Made by a program: the position numbers and the translations under genes
DNA from: Brevundimonas sp.
GTDB lineage: Bacteria; Pseudomonadota; Alphaproteobacteria; Caulobacterales; Caulobacteraceae
Reading direction: 5' to 3'
Length of the DNA: 64,000 nt
Assembly: GCF_030682035.1 (NCBI RefSeq)
Contig: NZ_JAUXQZ010000031.1
Location: 20,991-84,990, forward strand
In this document: in pieces, positions 58,690-64,000 of the stretch
Layout: each line of letters opens with the position of its first letter
Numbering within the stretch: the stretch's first letter is position 1
Notes under the pieces: model-generated
What the model saw: the letters and a program-made list of their open reading frames with translations, nothing else
Database searches by the model: none
What the model was told of the DNA's origin: nothing

Positions 58690-58827
58690 GGATTGGGGGA
58701 TTAGGGATTAGGGAAGGGCGGCTCGCAGGGGCCGCCCTTTTCGTTTGGCGATGAAAGGGCGGGATAGTCGGCTTCCGGCGCCCGAACCTGCTTTCCCCTA
58801 ATCCCTGGTCCCTGGTGCCTAATCCCT
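58687..58827. repeat. G-rich heptamer array and complementary C-rich array flanking the ftsZ terminator
   Basis: GGGATTG-GGGGATTA-GGGATTA-GGG (58689-58713) and CCCTAAT-CCCTGGT-CCCTGGT-GCCTAAT-CCCT (58796-58827). Confidence 0.8.
58714..58741 (+). terminator. Rho-independent terminator of ftsZ
   Basis: AAGGGCGGC-loop-GCCGCCCTT followed by T residues. Confidence 0.8.
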
Positions 58828-58983
58828 CGGACCTGATCCGCGCCGCTTCGGGGGACGAGACATGGTTCATCAAACGGAAACAATCCGAAACCCGACTTTC
58901 ATTTCGCCCTTGCCAGGGGGCGGCTAGACGGTCTGTGGGGCGAACTCCGCACAGAAAGGCGGAGCGCAAAAACTGCATTGGGT

Positions 58984-59889
58984 ATGAGTTTGTCGGTCAG
59001 AATCGACCATCGCCAGAAAACGACCGTCGCCCCCGCGATCATTGCGGGCGTGGGCGTGCACACGGGCGACCGGGTGCGTCTGGCCGTGCGTCCGGCTCCG
59101 GTCGGCACCGGCATCGTCTTCGTGCGCACCGACATCAAGGACCGTGACAACCGTATTCCGGTCTCGGGCGAGGCCGTCGTCGACGCCCGCCTGAACACCA
59201 TGATCCAGAACGCCGCGGGCGTTCAGCTCTCGACCATCGAACACCTGATGGCGGCTTTCGCGGCCCTCGGCATATCCAATGTCGTCGTCGAGGTGGACGG
59301 CCCCGAACTGCCGATCCTCGACGGTTCGGCGTTGCAGTTCGTCCAGTTGCTGGACCGCGCCGGCTTCCGCCGTCAGGAAGCCCCGGTCCGCTATATCGAA
59401 ATCCTCGAGCCGATCCGGGTCCGGGAAGGCGACAAGACCGCCGCCCTGCTGCCTTGCGACCGCTATGAGATGCGGTTTGAGATCGACTTCGATACGCCGG
59501 TGATCGGCAATCAGGTGGTGGATTTCGTCGTCGACGAGGAAACCTTCCGCAACGAGATCATGGCCGCCCGCACCTTCGGCTTCGCCCATGAGGTCGAGGC
59601 CCTGCGCCGCGCCGGTCTGGCCCGCGGCGGCTCGCTGGAGAACGCCGTGGTCATCGACGGCGACCAGATCCTGAACCCCGGCGGGCTTCGGATGGAGCGC
59701 GAGTTCGTCAAGCACAAGGCGCTGGACGCCATCGGCGACCTGTACGTATTGGGTGCGCCCCTGCTGGGCCGCTACGAGGGCGTCAAGGCGGGCCACCACA
59801 TGAACAACCTGTTGGTCCGCGAACTGCTTGCCAACCCGCAAGCGTGGCGCGAAGTGACGCGCGTGCCCGAGATGGCGATGGCGGGCTGA
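58984..59889 (+). CDS. lpxC: UDP-3-O-acyl-GlcNAc deacetylase
   Basis: GVGVHTG, TIEHL, PILDGS, ARTFGF, HKALDAIGD, GH. Confidence 0.97.
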   Translation: MSLSVRIDHRQKTTVAPAIIAGVGVHTGDRVRLAVRPAPVGTGIVFVRTDIKDRDNRIPVSGEAVVDARLNTMIQNAAGVQLSTIEHLMAAFAALGISNVVVEVDGPELPILDGSALQFVQLLDRAGFRRQEAPVRYIEILEPIRVREGDKTAALLPCDRYEMRFEIDFDTPVIGNQVVDFVVDEETFRNEIMAARTFGFAHEVEALRRAGLARGGSLENAVVIDGDQILNPGGLRMEREFVKHKALDAIGDLYVLGAPLLGRYEGVKAGHHMNNLLVRELLANPQAWREVTRVPEMAMAG

Positions 59890-59901
59890 TCAGCACCCGG
59901 A

Positions 59902-60672
59902 TCAGCCCAGGCTGATCGCGCTCATCAGCCGCCCGAAATCGGCTTCACCGTTCAGATGCGCCCGCCGGTTCGAATAGAACCGCACGGCGTCCGTGCGCGT
60001 GTCGTCGCCGGTCCAGGCCGCGTCGGCGACTCCGGCCTGCTCCAGACGCCAGAGGACGAAGGCGGGCAGGTCGAACAGGCGCTTGTCCGTGGTTTCACCC
60101 GGCGCGAAGAAGCGGGCGCTGCCGGGGTCGTGGTGGTCGAACCGGTCCTGGAAGTCGGCTCCGACCTCATAGGAGGCCTGGGCGATGCAGGGACCGACGA
60201 CGGCGACGATGCGGCGGGGCTCGGCGCCGAGGGCCTGCATGGCGGCAACGGTGGAATGGACGACGCCGTCCAGCGCCCCCTTCCAGCCCGCATGGGCAGC
60301 GCCGACGACGCCCGCCTCGGGGTCGGCCAGCAGGACGGGGGCGCAGTCGGCGGTCAGGACGGCGCAGATGACGCCCGGGATGGCGGTGACCGCGGCGTCG
60401 CCCTCCGGCCGCGCGCCCTTCCAGCCGGTCTCGGCGACGCGGGCGACGGCGGAATGGATCTGGAAACAGGCGGCGAAATCGTCGGGGACGCCGCCCAGGT
60501 GTTCGGCGATCCGGCGGCGGTTCTCGGCGATGGCGGCAGGATTGTCCTTCGAGCCTACGCCGGTGTTCAGGCCCTCATACAGGCCGGTCGAAACCCCGCC
60601 CGCGCGGGTGAAAAAGCCGTACCGGACGCCGGCGCGGTCCAGCAGCGGATGGGTGATGGGGGTCAGCATCAT
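59902..60672 (-). CDS. pgeF: Peptidoglycan editing factor/YfiH family
   Basis: FFTRAGGVS, QIHS, TADCAPVL, HAGWKG. Confidence 0.93.
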   Translation of the reverse strand: MMLTPITHPLLDRAGVRYGFFTRAGGVSTGLYEGLNTGVGSKDNPAAIAENRRRIAEHLGGVPDDFAACFQIHSAVARVAETGWKGARPEGDAAVTAIPGVICAVLTADCAPVLLADPEAGVVGAAHAGWKGALDGVVHSTVAAMQALGAEPRRIVAVVGPCIAQASYEVGADFQDRFDHHDPGSARFFAPGETTDKRLFDLPAFVLWRLEQAGVADAAWTGDDTRTDAVRFYSNRRAHLNGEADFGRLMSAISLG

Positions 60673-60674
60673 GG

Positions 60675-61748
60675 CTACATCTCAAATCCCGGCACCACCA
60701 GCGACCGTGGCGAAAGGATCGCGCAGGCCTTGAACAGGGTTCCCATCTGGTCATCGGCGGTCAGCCGGGCCAGCTGACGGTCGATGACCGGGGCGGCGTC
60801 GGGACGTCCGGCCTTCAGTCGGTCGGCGCGGGCCGCGATCCCGAGCAGGTTCAGGAACTCCCCTTGTCCCATCGTGCCCGTGACGTCGGCCCCGGCGTGG
60901 ATTGCGGCCTCGAGCACTGAGGGGAAGTCGGCCCATTGGGTCAGGTCGGCCTCGCCCGGACTGTCCAGCGGATCGACCTTCTGATGGCGGCGCAGGCCCT
61001 GGAGTGTGTCGCCCGTCTCGGCCCGGGCGCGGCCGTAGTCGATCAGCAGGGCCGCGCCGGAGGCGATCTTGACCAGCGCCGCGAGGTCACGCCCGAAGGC
61101 GGCCTGCTGGTCCGAGATCTCGACCGTCTGGCCGGGTTCCACCGCGAACTCCGGGCGTTTGAAGCCGCCGGTGATCTCGACCAGACCGAAAATCAGCTCA
61201 CCGTCGTCGGCGACGCCCACGCGGCGCTCGGCCCAGCCGTCTTCGGTCCTGACGAACTGGCGCGCGGGCAGGCAGTCCAGCACCTCATTGGCGATCAGGA
61301 TCACCGGGGCGTCGGTCTCGATCCGGTCCAGCGAGGCGACCCAGCGCGGGTGGATGTCACTGTCGGCCAGCATCCTGGCCTGGGCTTCGCGCAGCGGTGG
61401 ACTGGGCTCGATCAGGATCAGATCGACGGCGCGCAGGAACTCGGGGTCCAGCCGCGCGGCGCGCAGGGCGTCGGCCATCAGCGTCCCGTCGCCGGGCCCG
61501 ACCTCGACCAGCCGCACCCGTTCGGGCGCGCCCAGTCTCCGCCACAGCTCGACCGCCCACAGACCGATCAGCTCGCCGAACATCTGGCTGATCATCGGCG
61601 CAGTGATGAAGTCGCCGGTCGCGCCGATGGCCGGGCGGGTGGCGTAATAGCCGCCCTCCGGGTCGTGCAGGCAGCGGGTGACATAGTCGGCCACCGTCAT
61701 CGGCCCGGTCAGGACGATCTCGCGGGCCAGTCGATCTTTCAGCGACAT
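60675..61748 (-). CDS. SAM-dependent methyltransferase, MidA/NDUFAF7 family
   Basis: GYY, GDFITAP, EVGPGDG, NEVLD, IDYG, DLT, MGTLFK. Confidence 0.92.
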   Translation of the reverse strand: MSLKDRLAREIVLTGPMTVADYVTRCLHDPEGGYYATRPAIGATGDFITAPMISQMFGELIGLWAVELWRRLGAPERVRLVEVGPGDGTLMADALRAARLDPEFLRAVDLILIEPSPPLREAQARMLADSDIHPRWVASLDRIETDAPVILIANEVLDCLPARQFVRTEDGWAERRVGVADDGELIFGLVEITGGFKRPEFAVEPGQTVEISDQQAAFGRDLAALVKIASGAALLIDYGRARAETGDTLQGLRRHQKVDPLDSPGEADLTQWADFPSVLEAAIHAGADVTGTMGQGEFLNLLGIAARADRLKAGRPDAAPVIDRQLARLTADDQMGTLFKACAILSPRSLVVPGFEM

Positions 61749-61761
61749 GAGGCGTCAGGCG

Positions 61762-62661
61762 TCAGGCGGCGACCGGCGGCCGGTTCCAGGCGCGCCAGAT
61801 CAGCCATGCCCCGATCAGCATCATGGGGATCGACAGGAACATGCCCATGGTCAGGCCCAGCGGCAGGTTTTCAAGCCCGGCGTCGGGCTGGCGGAAATTC
61901 TCGAGCGACGCTCGCGCCAGTCCGTAACCGAACAGGAAGATGCCGGTGACATAGCCGGGCTTGGCCAGTAGCCGCCATTTGTAGACCGCGAGCCAAAGGA
62001 TGACGAACAGGGCGATGCCCTCCAGCCCGGCCTCATAAAGCTGGCTGGGGTGGCGGACCACGTCGCCGGGACCGATCCAACTGCCATTCTGGAAGAAGTT
62101 GCAGGTTGCGCCATAGGCCTCGCGCGCGCGATTACTGCAGAAATTGACGCCCCAGGGAACGGTTGTCTCGCGCCCCCAGAGCTCGCCGTTGATGAAATTG
62201 GCCATGCGACCGAAGAACAGGCCGAATGGCGCGGCGGCCAGCGCCATGTCGCCGATGCTGAGCGTACGCAGCTTTGTGCGCCAGGCGAAGATCAGCACCG
62301 CCAGTGTCGTTCCGATCATGCCGCCGTGGAAGGACATGCCGCCGTCCCACAGCCGGAACAGGCCCAGCCGTTCGCCCCAGCTCGCGCCGGTGAACAGGTG
62401 GCCGTACAGTTCCGGCTTGTAGAACAGGGCGTAGCCGAACCGACCGCCCAGAATGATGCCGAGCGTGATCCACAGGATCAGGTCGTCCAGCTGCGGCGTC
62501 GAGATCGGCGGCTTGCCCGGCGCCCAGATCGCCGTGTTCTTGATCAGACGCGCCGCATACCACCAGCCCAGGACGATGCCCGCGACGTAGGCCAGGGCGT
62601 ACCAGCGGATATCCAGCGGGCCGATGCTGAACAGCACCGGATCGAATTCGGGAAAGGGCAC
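61762..62661 (-). CDS. lgt: Prolipoprotein diacylglyceryl transferase
   Basis: RWYAL, GGMSFHGG, GRMANFINGELWGR, HPSQLYE. Confidence 0.97.
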   Translation of the reverse strand: MPFPEFDPVLFSIGPLDIRWYALAYVAGIVLGWWYAARLIKNTAIWAPGKPPISTPQLDDLILWITLGIILGGRFGYALFYKPELYGHLFTGASWGERLGLFRLWDGGMSFHGGMIGTTLAVLIFAWRTKLRTLSIGDMALAAAPFGLFFGRMANFINGELWGRETTVPWGVNFCSNRAREAYGATCNFFQNGSWIGPGDVVRHPSQLYEAGLEGIALFVILWLAVYKWRLLAKPGYVTGIFLFGYGLARASLENFRQPDAGLENLPLGLTMGMFLSIPMMLIGAWLIWRAWNRPPVAA

Positions 62662-62935
62662 GGGGCCTCCTGACGGCGTTTCGTTGGCCGAGGTTTAGCA
62701 AGCGTCGCCATCCGTGGCCATTTTTGCTTCGCGTCGAATCGACCCGAATCCACAAAAATCGCCGAAGTTCAGAATTTGAGCGATCTCCCGAGCGGAGATC
62801 GCCGAGCCCTGAAAATTCCTCAACCACCCGCCACCGCCCAAATCAGGCCACCGGTCGCATGGAAAGCAAGGTTTCATTCACCATATCGGGTGAACCTTCG
62901 TTAACGACGCTCGTTGGTTCGAGCCGGAGAGTTCC

Positions 62936-63223
62936 ATGCAGACCCGCAACCCCCTTCTCGACGAGTTCGCCAAGCTGACGACCGGGGCCATGGGTCTGGC
63001 CCAGGCGGCCGGCGAAGAGGCCAAAACCGCCTTCCGCGCCGGCACCGACCGGATGGCCGCCGACCTCGATCTGGTCCGCCGCGACGAGTTCGACGCCTTG
63101 AAGGCCGAGATCGCGGCCCTGCGTGCCGAGGTCGCGGCGCTGAAGTCGCCTGTAAAGACGGCAAAGAAGCCTGCCACGGGAACGTCCACAGCGTCCGTTC
63201 CCCCTCAGGACGCAGTCGGTTGA
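62936..63223 (+). CDS. UbiK family accessory factor
   Basis: LDLVRRDEFD followed by a coiled coil; GGAG RBS. Confidence 0.85.
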   Translation: MQTRNPLLDEFAKLTTGAMGLAQAAGEEAKTAFRAGTDRMAADLDLVRRDEFDALKAEIAALRAEVAALKSPVKTAKKPATGTSTASVPPQDAVG

Positions 63224-63305
63224 GCCGAATCTGCGAACCCGCCTACCGTCCCGACATGGGACGTGAGTCGCGCGCCATGCTTGTTTTTTCGCCTGGGATG
63301 CCTTG

Positions 63306-63809
63306 ATGGACGCCGTTCGACCCGAAGAAGTCGATGTTCCCTACGATCCGCTGGACGTCGTGGAGCACGTCCTGGTGGCCGAAAATCTGCCGTTCGACCG
63401 TACCGACGAGGGCGATCTGGCCTTTGCCTTGGCCGGCGACTGGAAGGATTACGAGCTGTGGTTCGCCTGGCGGCCCGAGGGCGACTGCCTGCAGCTGTGC
63501 TGCGCGCTGGACCTGCAGGCGTCCAGAGCCCGCCGGGCTGCCGCCTATGAACTGGTCGGTTTGATCAACCAGCGCACCTGGATGGGTCATTTCGAGGTTT
63601 GGGCCGACGACGGCGAAATCGTCTTCCGCCATTCGCTGGCCCTGCCGATGGGCGAACGCCCGACCCTGGCCCAGGCGGCCTCGATGATCGACGCGGCGGT
63701 CGAGGCGGCGGACCGATACTATCCCGCCTTCGACTTCATGATCCGCGGCAACAAGAAGCCGCAGGAAGCGATCGACTCCTGCCTGTTCGAGACCGTCGGC
63801 ACGGCCTAA
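63306..63809 (+). CDS. YbjN domain protein
   Basis: DPLDVVE, INxxxWMGHF, YYPAF, FETVGTA; usual position before proC. Confidence 0.85.
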   Translation: MDAVRPEEVDVPYDPLDVVEHVLVAENLPFDRTDEGDLAFALAGDWKDYELWFAWRPEGDCLQLCCALDLQASRARRAAAYELVGLINQRTWMGHFEVWADDGEIVFRHSLALPMGERPTLAQAASMIDAAVEAADRYYPAFDFMIRGNKKPQEAIDSCLFETVGTA

Positions 63810-63813
63810 GGCC

Positions 63814-64000
63814 ATGAACGCACCCGCCAGCGTCGGACCCGTCGCCCTCGTCGGATGCGGACGGCTGGGTTCGGCGATCCTCGAAGGCTGGCTGAAGACC
63901 GGCGCTGTCGCGGCGCACGATCTGATGATCCTGACCCCGTCGGACAAGCCGGCCGCCGAGACCGCGCGGGCGCAGGGCGCGCGGGTGAATCCATCCTTGG
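63814..64000 (+). CDS. proC: Pyrroline-5-carboxylate reductase, 5' part (runs off the window)
   Basis: My translation MNAPASVGPVALVGCGRLGSAILEGWL shows a Rossmann motif; follows the YbjN gene. Confidence 0.8.
   Translation, partial: MNAPASVGPVALVGCGRLGSAILEGWLKTGAVAAHDLMILTPSDKPAAETARAQGARVNPSL

Overview
GC-rich alphaproteobacterial chromosome segment. Gene content and synteny (tipF, a Cle-type regulator, ctpA divergent from msbA-lpxJ-waaA-lpxK, CtrA and GANTC motifs before ftsZ) point to Caulobacteraceae, most likely Brevundimonas; this is inferred, not checked against a database. Most of the window is core genome: lipid A and envelope genes, xseA, purD, ubiD, pyk, rnhB, tag, pyrC, erpA, dgt-ftsN-nagZ-scpAB, murC-murB-ddl-ftsQ-ftsA-ftsZ-lpxC, pgeF, lgt, proC and tRNA-Leu(TAA). 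No prophage, IS, CRISPR array or large defence island is visible, and I cannot support a large new multi-gene system. The best leads are small. (1) The dcw cluster starts at murC directly after scpB across an inside-out palindromic repeat pair, and is interrupted by a DUF4375/DMP19-like gene, a Phd-VapC pair and an antisense 1236-aa TonB receptor. (2) A 159-bp element with perfect 26-bp terminal inverted repeats sits in the nagZ/scpA junction and is spanned by a 62-codon ORF overlapping both neighbours. (3) G-quadruplex-type heptamer repeats start at the ftsZ stop codon, with a complementary array nearby. (4) Two small membrane proteins share sigma-EcfG promoter geometry. (5) Five single-base indels fall only in accessory genes, meaning either pseudogenes or sequencing error.
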